From Candidatus Peribacteraceae bacterium (GTDB lineage Bacteria; Patescibacteriota; Gracilibacteria; Peribacterales; Peribacteraceae): a stretch of 64,000 nt of DNA. Below, piece after piece: positions 55,753 to 63,991 of this stretch. The notes beneath the pieces are model-generated. The model did not search any database. It was not told the origin of the DNA and saw only the letters and a list, made by a program, of their open reading frames with translations. The translations under genes and the position numbers were made by a program. The stretch spans positions 588 through 64,587 of the forward strand of contig JAQUKV010000007.1 in the NCBI GenBank assembly GCA_028718905.1, read 5' to 3'. How positions within the stretch are numbered: position 1 is the first letter of the stretch; the number at the start of each line of letters is the position of its first letter.

Positions 55753-55770
55753 GGAATAGGCATGGGAATT

Positions 55771-55923
55771 GCCTCACCCCCTATCCCCCTCTCCCTACCT
55801 ACAACGATTCCCACAGGGAGAGGGGGCACACACTGTCATTTCAAAAAAGGCAAGAAATACCAGAAAGAGCGCGCCCCTCTCCGGTTGGCGTTGGGGGGTA
55901 CGGAGAGGGGTCGGGGGTGAGGC
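55771..55923. repeat. Nested-palindrome ~150-nt element, copy 3
   Basis: GCCTCACCCCCTATCCCCCTCTCC...GGAGAGGGGG...CCCCTCTCCGGTTGGCGT...GGAGAGGGGTCGGGGGTGAGGC. Confidence 0.9.
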
Positions 55924-55928
55924 AGGGA

Positions 55929-57068
55929 TCACCCAAGCAAGCTCCGTTTCCATTGCAGCAGTGTTTTTGTCACTGGCCGCAGCACAATCTCCTGTTCCGG
56001 CGGATAGATCTCCACGCTGCCGCCAAACTTCTCTTTAAAGACACTGACTCCCTGCCAGAGATGGTTCGCCGGTGCGTCAGGAGGCGAGACACCCAGCAGG
56101 TCGTAGGTGGTGCAGCCGGCAGCTCTGGCATGGCGCATGGCGGCCCACTGCAGGGCGTACGGCGCCATGAGGGCCCTGTGAGCGTAGTCGGATGCCCCAT
56201 AGTAGTAATAGGCCTTCGAGCCCCAGATAACGCCCAGAAGACCCGCAACGGGTTTTGCCTCACCCCCCCAACCCCCCCTCTCCTTTACCACTCCACTTGC
56301 CTCAGGAGAGGGGGGAGCGCCTTGTCTTTCTGAAACATGTATGGAAGCAGAGAAAGTGCGCCCCCTCTCCGGTTGGTGTTGGGTGGGATCGGAGAGGGGG
56401 TTGGGGGGTGAGGCAGCAAACGCCAGAAAGAGGAAACTCCCCGTTAATTCCCTCAAAAAAGCCTCGTAGTGTCGTGCGGAGTGAAAAGAAAAGTTGTCGC
56501 GAAGTCCGGTTTGCTTTAGTAGACCCATGAAAGCGGGAATATCCTGCGATTCCACCACACGAACGCCATTCTTCTCCGCCACGGAGATGTTGTATCGGCC
56601 TTTGGGTTTCATTTGCCGGAGAATGTCTTCCTCCGTCAGCGTGAGATCGATGATGCGCGTGGCGGCGGGTTGTTCGTGACGGGATGAGGGACGCAGTACG
56701 CAGTACGCAGCGCGCAGTACGCAGGGTGTTTCGGGCGAGAGGTAAATGCTCAAGCATTTCTCTTGCCGTGCCTCCCGAACAATAGTTTCAAGCAGATCAC
56801 TTGCGGCGTACTGCTGACTGCTTACTGCCAGTGGGCCGCGCGGGATATCCCACGTCGAAAATCCGAAAGCCGTCCGATCGATGGTCACAAGAGCGGAGGC
56901 AAGGATCTGCGTTTCTTCCATAAGAGCATAGATCCGTGCTTCGCGTCCGAGTGCCTCCTGAAAGCGCTTCCACTCCAGCGACTGCCACAGGGAGCCCAGC
57001 GGGTGATTTCGAATAAACCGGTCGTACACGGCGAGATCCTCCGTTGTAGACAGGAGGTGGTTATGCAT
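55929..57068 (-). CDS. FemAB-family peptidoglycan interpeptide-bridge aminoacyltransferase, carrying in-frame repeat insertions
   Basis: LWQSLEWKRFQEALG, KPKGRYNISVAEKNGVRV, GSKAYYYYGASDYAHRALMAPYALQWAAMRHARAAGCTTYDLLGV and GVSVFKEKFGG are FemAB/FemX-like. The ORF is uninterrupted across two repeat families. Confidence 0.75.
   Translation of the reverse strand: MHNHLLSTTEDLAVYDRFIRNHPLGSLWQSLEWKRFQEALGREARIYALMEETQILASALVTIDRTAFGFSTWDIPRGPLAVSSQQYAASDLLETIVREARQEKCLSIYLSPETPCVLRAAYCVLRPSSRHEQPAATRIIDLTLTEEDILRQMKPKGRYNISVAEKNGVRVVESQDIPAFMGLLKQTGLRDNFSFHSARHYEAFLRELTGSFLFLAFAASPPNPLSDPTQHQPERGRTFSASIHVSERQGAPPSPEASGVVKERGGWGGEAKPVAGLLGVIWGSKAYYYYGASDYAHRALMAPYALQWAAMRHARAAGCTTYDLLGVSPPDAPANHLWQGVSVFKEKFGGSVEIYPPEQEIVLRPVTKTLLQWKRSLLG
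56257..56414. repeat. Nested-palindrome ~150-nt element, copy 4 (intragenic)
   Basis: GCCTCACCCCCCCAACCCCCCCTCTCC...GGAGAGGGGGG...CCCCCTCTCCGGTTGGTGT...GGAGAGGGGGTTGGGGGGTGAGGC, inside the FemAB-like ORF. Confidence 0.9.
56691..56828. repeat. GCAGTAN heptamer-word arms, copy iv (intragenic)
   Basis: ACGCAGTACGCAGTACGCAGCGCGCAGTACGCAG at 56691-56724 and GCGGCGTACTGCTGACTGCTTACTGC at 56803-56828. Both arms lie inside the FemAB-like ORF. Confidence 0.8.
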
Positions 57069-57200
57069 GGGGTCATTATAGCTTTCAGTGGAGGGATTGT
57101 TGTATGATGATCCGCCGTTCTTTTGAGTCAGCGTAGGTATGCTTCGTCCCTCATTATGAAGAGGCAGGGGGTGTGCCTATTCCAGTATAAGGAGTGAACC

Positions 57201-57347
57201 ATGGAACCCTTGGGCTTTTGGGACTATGTGCGAGAGCCTCGTAGGCTTCTCAGGCTTCCGTTAGCTTTCCTGGCAGTCCTCCTTCTCGCCGCAATCGGCC
57301 TGGCTATCCTGCTCGTTGCTGAGTGGCTGGGAGGAATGCTGCGATGA
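57201..57347 (+). CDS. 48-aa single-TM mini-protein (below the ORF-track size cut-off)
   Basis: AAGGAG lies 6 nt before the ATG. MEPLGFWDYVREPRRLLRLPLAFLAVLLLAAIGLAILLVAEWLGGMLR. Confidence 0.45.
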   Translation: MEPLGFWDYVREPRRLLRLPLAFLAVLLLAAIGLAILLVAEWLGGMLR

Positions 57348-57497
57348 GGAAGAACAGGCACGGCACGTCGGTCATTGACCGACGGTGCCACGGGCGGCAC
57401 GCGCGTGCCGCCCTCTCTTTGTACAGGAGAACAATCAACGAACAATGGAACTGGACATCGGTCCGACGGCGCATAAAATGACGTTTCCCCTCTCCTT

Positions 57498-58097
57498 ATG
57501 CCCTACACCCTTCCCAAATTACCCTTCTCGTTCGACGCCCTGGAGCCGCACATCGATGCCCGAACGATGGAGATTCATTACGGCAAGCATCATCAGGCGT
57601 ACTGCGATAATACGAACAAGGCACTCGCCGGCACGCCACTTGCAGAAAAGCCGATCGAGGAAGTTCTGAGGAACCTCGAAGCCGTTCCCGACGACAAGCA
57701 AATGGCCGTGCGGAATCACGGCGGAGGATTCGCCAATCACAACATGTTCTGGTCGGTCATGGGTCCGAAGAGCGCAGGACCCGCAGGTGCTCTTGCCGAT
57801 GCACTCAAGAAATCTTTCGGCTCTATCGACACTTTTCGTGAAAAGTTCGAGGCGGCGGCACTCGGCCAGTTCGGGTCCGGATGGGCGTGGCTCGTCAGGA
57901 ACGGGGACAAGCTCGAAGTGATGAATCTGCCGAATCAGGATTCGCCCCTTTCCATTGGTACGGTGCCGCTTCTCTGCCTCGATGTGTGGGAGCATGCGTA
58001 CTACCTCAAGTATCAGAATAGGCGCGCGGAGTATGTGAAGGCTTTTTGGAATATGGTGAATTGGGAGGAGGTGGCAAGACGGTTTGAGGGCAGGTAA
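57498..58097 (+). CDS. Fe/Mn superoxide dismutase
   Basis: [35 protein letters not shown]...[15 protein letters not shown]. Confidence 0.95.
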   Translation: MPYTLPKLPFSFDALEPHIDARTMEIHYGKHHQAYCDNTNKALAGTPLAEKPIEEVLRNLEAVPDDKQMAVRNHGGGFANHNMFWSVMGPKSAGPAGALADALKKSFGSIDTFREKFEAAALGQFGSGWAWLVRNGDKLEVMNLPNQDSPLSIGTVPLLCLDVWEHAYYLKYQNRRAEYVKAFWNMVNWEEVARRFEGR

Positions 58098-58218
58098 AGA
58101 AGGTCATTGAGGTAAGGGAAGTAAGGAAGGTGGGAGGCACTGAAGATAGTGAGGGATATGTATAAGCCACATTCTTTACCTTCAATTCCTTCCTGACCTT
58201 CTTTACCTTTCCCTGCCC
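58088..58218. repeat. Purine-word / pyrimidine-word long hairpin (terminator position)
   Basis: GGTAAAGAAGGTCA (58093-58106) pairs perfectly with TGACCTTCTTTACC (58194-58207). The inner arms are made of GGTAAGGGAAGTAAGGAAGG-type words. Confidence 0.7.
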
Positions 58219-58224
58219 TTTGCG

Positions 58225-58252
58225 TTGACAGCCTCTTCCATCCCTTTAGAAT
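58225..58252 (+). promoter_or_regulatory. Sigma-70-like promoter (TTGACA-16 nt-TAGAAT) upstream of rpoB
   Basis: A consensus -35 element and a near-consensus -10 element. It implies a ~165-nt leader before the ATG at 58424. Confidence 0.5.
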
Positions 58253-58423
58253 GGGCACGATTCGCAGCAGTGACGATTGTGTTGTGAGTGCTGCCGGTTC
58301 TGGGAGAGCAGTGCGAAGCCGAAGCGTATGCGAGGTGAGCAATGCTGAACCGGAACAGATCCTGAGCGACCCCGCGCATGCGGGGGAGTCGAAGGACATT
58401 CCTATTCCTTTCTCCTCTCTGCT

Positions 58424-61400
58424 ATGGCGAAGAAAGTTGCGAAAAAAGTTCACAAGAAACCCGCATCCAAATCCGCACCCCAGTCTTCGCCAAGGCTTCG
58501 GCCGGCAGGCAAGAAAGTGGCACATCGCACGGTGGCTCATGCCGTGAAGAAGGCGCCTTCTTCAGCCAAGAAACCTGTGGCGGCTGCCAAGAAACCTGTG
58601 GCGGTTTTGCCCGTAAAGAAGCCCGCACTGCCCCCCAAGCGCTCGTACCGCGTGCATGTGGAGGAGAAGATCCTGCCGCAGATTGAACCGCCGATTGTTC
58701 CTCCTGCCGGACGCGCATCCCTTGCCGTACGCAATCTTCCCGCGCACCTCACGCCCACACGCATTGCCGAAGGCCGCGTGTACCTGACTGAGGAGGAGAA
58801 TATTTCCGAGATTCTGCCGTCCCTGATCGAGATGCAGATCTTGAGCTACCGGTGGTTCCTCACCGAGGGCATCAAGGAGCTTCTGGAAGAGATCAGCCCG
58901 ATCACGGACTTCTCGGGTCGCAAGATGGAGCTGCGAATCCTCGGGCATACGTTCGATCCTTCCAAGTACGATCCCGAGACGTGCCGCCGCCGCAACCTGA
59001 CCTACGAAGCGGCCATGAAGGGCCATGTACAGCTCATCAACAAAGAAACCGGCGAAATCAAAGAGCAGGATGTGTTCCTCGGGTCGATTCCGCTCATGAC
59101 GAACACGGGTACGTTCATCGTCGGGGGGATCGAGCGCGTGGTGGTGCACCAGCTCGTCCGTTCGCCGGGCGTGTTCTTCAGTAAGATGCCCGATTATCCC
59201 AAATACCATGCCGCCAAGATCATCCCCAAACGGGGCGTGTGGCTGGAGATCGAAACGGATCGCCGCGGCATCATCACCTGTAAAATCGATCGCAAGCGCA
59301 AGATCCCCATCACGCAGCTTCTGCGCGTGTTCGGCTATGCGACGGATCAGAAAATCCTCGACCTCTTTGCTTCGGTGAAGGGCAAGGACGCCGACTACAT
59401 TCTCACCACGCTCGAGAAGGATTCCGTGCGCACCGTGGAGGAGGCCTACCAGAGCATCTATAGAAAGATCCGCCCGGGGGATCTGGCTACGCCCGAGAAC
59501 GCCAAACAGCTCATCGACTCGCTCTTCTTCGATTTCAAGAAATACGACATGGGCCAGATCGCCCGCTACAAGCTCAATCGTCGCTTCGGCTTCAAGACGG
59601 ACAATGACGAGTCGCACCGCGTGTTTCAGGTATCCGACTTCGTGGCGATTCTCAAAGAGCTCATCAATCTGAATAACGGGCTCGGGGTTCCCGACGACAT
59701 CGATCATCTCGCCAACCGCCGCATCCGTTCCGTGGGCGAGCTCGTCCAGAATAAATACCGCGTGGGTCTGGTGCGCACGGAGCGCATCATCAAAGACCGC
59801 ATGACCGTGCTCGATATGGAGACCGTTACGCCCACCCAGCTGATCAACTGCCGTCCGATCACCGCGGCCATGCGCGAATTTTTCGCAAGCTCGCAGCTTT
59901 CGCAGTTCATGGATCAGACGAACCCCCTCGCGGAGCTCTCGCACAAGCGTCGCCTCTCCGCCATGGGTCCGGGAGGACTCTCGCGCGAGCGCGCCAGTTT
60001 CGACGTGCGTGACGTGCATCCCAGCCATTACGGCCGCATCTGCCCGATTGCCACACCCGAAGGTCCGAACATCGGTCTGGTGGTGCATCTGGCGGCGCTG
60101 GCCCGCGTGAATCCCTACGGGTTCCTCGAAACGCCGTATCGTGAAGTGAAGAACGAAATTCCGTTGGACCCCGATAAACTCGTCGGTCGCATGATCGGCG
60201 ATACGATCCGCGAGGACCGCAAGGTCCTGCTCAAAGAGGGCGAGCTGGTTGCCACCAAGGAGATGGCCCGAAAAATCGTTTCCATCTGTCGTCAGGAGGG
60301 CAAATCCGCCGTGCCGGTGCGCCCCTACGTCACCAGCAAGTTCATCTATATTGACGCGGAACAGGAGCGTCACCTCACGATCGCGCAGGCACAGACCAAG
60401 TATTCGGAGCTCGGAGAGTTCCTGTCGACGACCATCTCCGCCCGCCGCAGCGGCGAACCGGTGCTTGTGGACGGACGCGATGTCACGCACGTGGATATGA
60501 CCCCCAAGCAGATTCTGTCGGAATCCACGTCGCTCATTCCGTTTCTGGAGCACGACGACAACACGCGTGCCTCGATGGGAACGAACATGCAACGTCAGGC
60601 TGTGCCGCTGATCTGTCCATCCGCCCCGCTCGTGGGTACGGGCATCGAAGGTCTGACGGCACGCGCCTCCGGTCAGGCGGTTCTGGCGGACGAAGACGGC
60701 GAGGTGGTGAGCGTCGACGCCGCGCACATCGCCGTGGTGTACCGTTCCGGCCGCAAACAGCAATTGTCCCTCACCACGTTCGTCCGCAGTAACCAGGGGA
60801 CATGCGTCCTCATGCGGCCGCGCGTGCACGTGGGTGAAAAAGTCCATCGCGGATCGGTGCTGGCGGACGGGTCGGCCGTCGAGAACGGGGAGCTCGCGCT
60901 GGGGCAGAACCTGCTCGTGGCGTACCTGTCGTGGGAGGGCGCGAACTTCGAAGACGCCGTCATCATCTCGAGCCGCGTTGTGCGCGACGGCTGGTTCGAC
61001 TCCATTCACATCGAGTCGTACGTGACGGATGTGCGCGACACGAAGCTCGGTTCCGAGACGGTCACGCGCGATATCCCGAACGTGGGCGAGGCCAAGCTCA
61101 AGGATCTCGATGCAGACGGCATCGTACGCATCGGCGCCACGGTGCATGAAGGTGACATTCTCGTGGGCAAAATCACACCCAAGGGCGAGACGGAGCTCAC
61201 ACCGGAAGAACGGCTTTTGCAGGCGATCTTCGGTGACAAGGCGAAAGACGTGAAGGATTCGTCGCTCCGGTTGCCGGGGGGCGCGGGCGGCAAGGTGGTG
61301 GATGTGCACATTTTCGACCGGGCCGAGGGTGACGAGTTGCCGACCGGTGTGATCAAGCAGATCAAAGTTTTCGTCGCGCAGACGCGCAAAGTGCAGGTCG

Positions 61401-62347
61401 GCGACAAGATGGCGGGCCGCCACGGAAACAAAGGCGTGGTCTCGCGCATCGTGCCGGCCGAGGATATGCCGTATCTGGAGGACGGCACGCCGGTGGATAT
61501 CATTTTAAATCCTCTCGGCGTCACTTCCCGTATGAACATCGGACAGATTCTCGAAACCCACTTGGGCTGGGCCTGTGAAAAGCTGGGGATCAAGGTTGCG
61601 ACTCCGGCCCTGAATGGAATTTCCGTCGATCAGATCGAGGAGTTCCTCAAGGCGGCCGGCCTGCCGACCGATGGCAAGGTGCAGCTCTTCGACGGGCGCA
61701 CCGGCGAGCCGTTTGCGCACAAGACCACCGTGGGCATCGTGTACATGCTCAAACTCCTCCACCTCGTGGAGGACAAGATCCATGCACGCAGCGTCGGACC
61801 GTACTCGCTCGTCACGCAGCAGCCGCTCGGCGGCAAGGCGCAGCACGGAGGCCAGCGTTTCGGAGAAATGGAAGTCTGGGCGCTGGAAGCCTACGGCGCG
61901 GCCTACACGCTGCAGGAGATGCTCACGATCAAGTCCGACGACGTGATCGGGCGCTCCAAGGCCTACGAGGCCATCGTGAAGGGTGAGCCCATCCGCCGCC
62001 CGTCGATCCCCGAATCCTTCAATGTTCTCGTGAAGGAACTGCAGGCACTGGGACTCAAAGTCGAGCTGCTCAAGTTCAAGGACGAGGTTGAGCCCGAGGA
62101 GCGGACGACTCTGGAAGCGGGCGAAGTGGAGCAGGTGGAACTGCGGTCGCGCGTTGAGGCGGAGGCCGAAGCCGAAGAAATCCTCAATGCCACAGAGAAG
62201 ATCTCGGAGCTGGATGCGCCGGGCAGCGAAACCGCCGAGGAGGTGGTGGGAGGCATCGAAGAGGGGGAACCGGTGGAGGCATCGGGAGTCACCGCCAAGG
62301 AAGAAATGAAAGAGGCAGTCAGCGAAGAGTCGATGGAGGACGCATAA
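58424..62347 (+). CDS. rpoB: DNA-directed RNA polymerase beta subunit with Lys/Ala/Pro-rich N-extension and acidic C-tail
   Basis: 1307 aa. The conserved core runs from LIEMQILSYRWFL through SFNVLVKELQALGLKVEL. No in-frame ATG lies between 58424 and the conserved N-terminus. Confidence 0.9.
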   Translation: MAKKVAKKVHKKPASKSAPQSSPRLRPAGKKVAHRTVAHAVKKAPSSAKKPVAAAKKPVAVLPVKKPALPPKRSYRVHVEEKILPQIEPPIVPPAGRASLAVRNLPAHLTPTRIAEGRVYLTEEENISEILPSLIEMQILSYRWFLTEGIKELLEEISPITDFSGRKMELRILGHTFDPSKYDPETCRRRNLTYEAAMKGHVQLINKETGEIKEQDVFLGSIPLMTNTGTFIVGGIERVVVHQLVRSPGVFFSKMPDYPKYHAAKIIPKRGVWLEIETDRRGIITCKIDRKRKIPITQLLRVFGYATDQKILDLFASVKGKDADYILTTLEKDSVRTVEEAYQSIYRKIRPGDLATPENAKQLIDSLFFDFKKYDMGQIARYKLNRRFGFKTDNDESHRVFQVSDFVAILKELINLNNGLGVPDDIDHLANRRIRSVGELVQNKYRVGLVRTERIIKDRMTVLDMETVTPTQLINCRPITAAMREFFASSQLSQFMDQTNPLAELSHKRRLSAMGPGGLSRERASFDVRDVHPSHYGRICPIATPEGPNIGLVVHLAALARVNPYGFLETPYREVKNEIPLDPDKLVGRMIGDTIREDRKVLLKEGELVATKEMARKIVSICRQEGKSAVPVRPYVTSKFIYIDAEQERHLTIAQAQTKYSELGEFLSTTISARRSGEPVLVDGRDVTHVDMTPKQILSESTSLIPFLEHDDNTRASMGTNMQRQAVPLICPSAPLVGTGIEGLTARASGQAVLADEDGEVVSVDAAHIAVVYRSGRKQQLSLTTFVRSNQGTCVLMRPRVHVGEKVHRGSVLADGSAVENGELALGQNLLVAYLSWEGANFEDAVIISSRVVRDGWFDSIHIESYVTDVRDTKLGSETVTRDIPNVGEAKLKDLDADGIVRIGATVHEGDILVGKITPKGETELTPEERLLQAIFGDKAKDVKDSSLRLPGGAGGKVVDVHIFDRAEGDELPTGVIKQIKVFVAQTRKVQVGDKMAGRHGNKGVVSRIVPAEDMPYLEDGTPVDIILNPLGVTSRMNIGQILETHLGWACEKLGIKVATPALNGISVDQIEEFLKAAGLPTDGKVQLFDGRTGEPFAHKTTVGIVYMLKLLHLVEDKIHARSVGPYSLVTQQPLGGKAQHGGQRFGEMEVWALEAYGAAYTLQEMLTIKSDDVIGRSKAYEAIVKGEPIRRPSIPESFNVLVKELQALGLKVELLKFKDEVEPEERTTLEAGEVEQVELRSRVEAEAEAEEILNATEKISELDAPGSETAEEVVGGIEEGEPVEASGVTAKEEMKEAVSEESMEDA
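58565..58606 (+). repeat. Tandem 21-nt repeat inside the rpoB 5' extension
   Basis: GCCAAGAAACCTGTGGCGGCT followed by GCCAAGAAACCTGTGGCGGTT, encoding AKKPVAA and AKKPVAV. Confidence 0.9.
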
Positions 62348-62349
62348 CG

Positions 62350-62398
62350 AGGGCGTAGGAATAGGGCGTAGGGTGGAGAAAATCTGGTCCTACGCCCT
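62350..62398. repeat. GGGCGTAGG word hairpin after the rpoB stop
   Basis: AGGGCGTAGG appears twice, followed by CCTACGCCCT. The 14-mer ATAGGGCGTAGGGT recurs at about 31818-31831. Confidence 0.65.
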
Positions 62399-62591
62399 GT
62401 TCCCGACGCTCTATCCACTCATGGAGCAATTGCCACGCGGGACGAGGAGTCGAACGGGCAAGACCTGCTCTTCGGCACGGATTATTGCGAAATTGCTTCG
62501 CGATGGATTGTTTATTCCTGCTTCGCGCGAAAGGAAAATGGAATGTGCGCCCCGAAGTCCGTTGTCCGAATCCCGCTGTCCGAAACGGGGC

Positions 62592-62629
62592 GGTTGCCGG
62601 AGAAGCGCCGTTCTTTTTTGTGAGTTGTA
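62592..62629 (+). terminator. Rho-independent terminator
   Basis: AACGGGGCG-(loop)-CGCCGTT followed by CTTTTTT, about 250 nt after the rpoB stop. Confidence 0.5.
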
Positions 62630-62946
62630 TTTGTCTTCGCCTCGTATCCCCTTCGCCGATCCTTCCCACACGCCAACTCGCCTTCGTTCCTTTCTTCCGT
62701 TTCGTGGATTACAAGTAACAATGTATTAATACGTTGATTCACTATGCAGTGAAGCTGCTTTCCATGCAGTCAATCCCCCTTCTGCACGCCACTTTCCCGG
62801 GGCGTTCCACCATCGTATGGAACTCCTTTTTGCTCTCTGTGAAGCCAAAAAACAGGACTCATCCCGATTTGTTTTCCGTGAGGTCATTCCATTCGTCTTT
62901 TACTATCCGTAGCCTTGGGGGTCCGTATTTCTTTCCCCTATTTTCT

Positions 62947-63318
62947 ATGTTTAATGTGAACCGTGTCACGCTCCTCGGGAACGTCACCCGCGATCCCGAG
63001 ATGCGCGCCACCAAGGCCGGCCGGCCGGTCTTAAACCTCGGTTTCGCCACTAACCGTGCGTGGCGTGACAACGAAGGCACGCTCCAGCGCGAGCCGGAAT
63101 ATCATTCTCTCGTGTGCTTCGGACCGCTGGCCGAATTTGCCGACAAGCGCGTGAAGAAGGGTGCGCCCCTGTACGTCGAAGGCAGGTTGCATACCAGCCA
63201 CTTCGAAACCAAGAAGGGCACGCCTGCCAGCCGCACCGAGATCATGGTGGATCGCTTCGTTCTGCTTTCTTCCAAAAAGAAGGGAGCCGTGGAGGCGGCA
63301 GAAAATGACGAAGGGTAG
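62947..63318 (+). CDS. ssb: Single-stranded DNA-binding protein
   Basis: MFNVNRVTLLGNVTRDPEMRATKAGRPVLNLGFATNRAWRD...HSLVCFGPLAEFADKRVKKGAPLYVEGRL (OB fold). The start is taken at the ATG at 62947. Confidence 0.85.
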   Translation: MFNVNRVTLLGNVTRDPEMRATKAGRPVLNLGFATNRAWRDNEGTLQREPEYHSLVCFGPLAEFADKRVKKGAPLYVEGRLHTSHFETKKGTPASRTEIMVDRFVLLSSKKKGAVEAAENDEG

Positions 63319-63339
63319 GACTTAGGACATAGGGATGAA

Positions 63340-63372
63340 GCCCCGTGCGTGCGGGGCAACGTCCCTTTTTCC
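63340..63372 (+). terminator. Possible terminator after ssb
   Basis: GCCCCG-TGCGTG-CGGGGC, then a T-run 10 nt downstream. Confidence 0.35.
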
Positions 63373-63438
63373 AAGGTAGGGGAAAGCGATTCATGAGAGG
63401 TTGACGAACCATCATTAGCGTACTAATTTAGTGAACCA

Positions 63439-63705
63439 ATGCCATTTCTTACACCGGAAGATCAGCAACGGCTTCGAACCACCTATGGGATAATGAGACT
63501 CGCGGGAATTCAGGAGCAGTATGAAGTGGAGCAAATGGGCATTCTACCCACTCAGTCTCCCGAAGATCTCTATAGGGCCATTACTTCCGCTGTAAACCGT
63601 ATTAATACCAAGGCAAATCAGTCTCCACGACCGGGAGGCTTTCGAGGCATGCTTCTCCGATTGCTTCCTTGTTTGGCCTCACCGGTTCATATTGACATGA
63701 CCTAG
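63439..63705 (+). CDS. Hypothetical protein
   Basis: 88-aa ORF. No family recognised. Confidence 0.4.
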   Translation: MPFLTPEDQQRLRTTYGIMRLAGIQEQYEVEQMGILPTQSPEDLYRAITSAVNRINTKANQSPRPGGFRGMLLRLLPCLASPVHIDMT

Positions 63706-63754
63706 CCCCAGAGAAGAGGATGCCCTTCCTCGGTTTCCTTTCCCCTTTGTTACC

Positions 63755-63991
63755 ATGCTGAATGATCTCGAAAGAAATATCGCGCAACTTGGAGTCGACT
63801 CCCTGAGGCAGATTACAGCGCTTTTATGTATCAAGTATATTGTTGAAGAGTACGGGAAAAAGTTGCGGGCAGCCACCGAAAGCAATGACATGACGAAAGT
63901 GCGTGAGTGCATCAATGAATTCACAGGGAAGCTCCAAGCGCAACTGAGTCAGTCAGGAATTCCCATGGATCCTGCCGGGGCAGAGGAATAG
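63755..63991 (+). CDS. Hypothetical protein
   Basis: 78-aa ORF. No family recognised. Confidence 0.4.
   Translation: MLNDLERNIAQLGVDSLRQITALLCIKYIVEEYGKKLRAATESNDMTKVRECINEFTGKLQAQLSQSGIPMDPAGAEE

Noticed and set aside
58233-58260. Minus-strand TTCTAAAGGGATGGAAG resembling the AAGGGAAAGG linker of the structured element (a possible fifth copy).
   Set aside because: There are no P1/GAA/P2/TGGA modules beside it, and it overlaps the rpoB promoter -10 region. This is probably chance similarity.
58562-61423. 953-aa minus-strand ORF antisense to rpoB.
   Set aside because: The sense frame is unmistakably RpoB. The antisense product has no recognisable features and is a GC-bias artefact.
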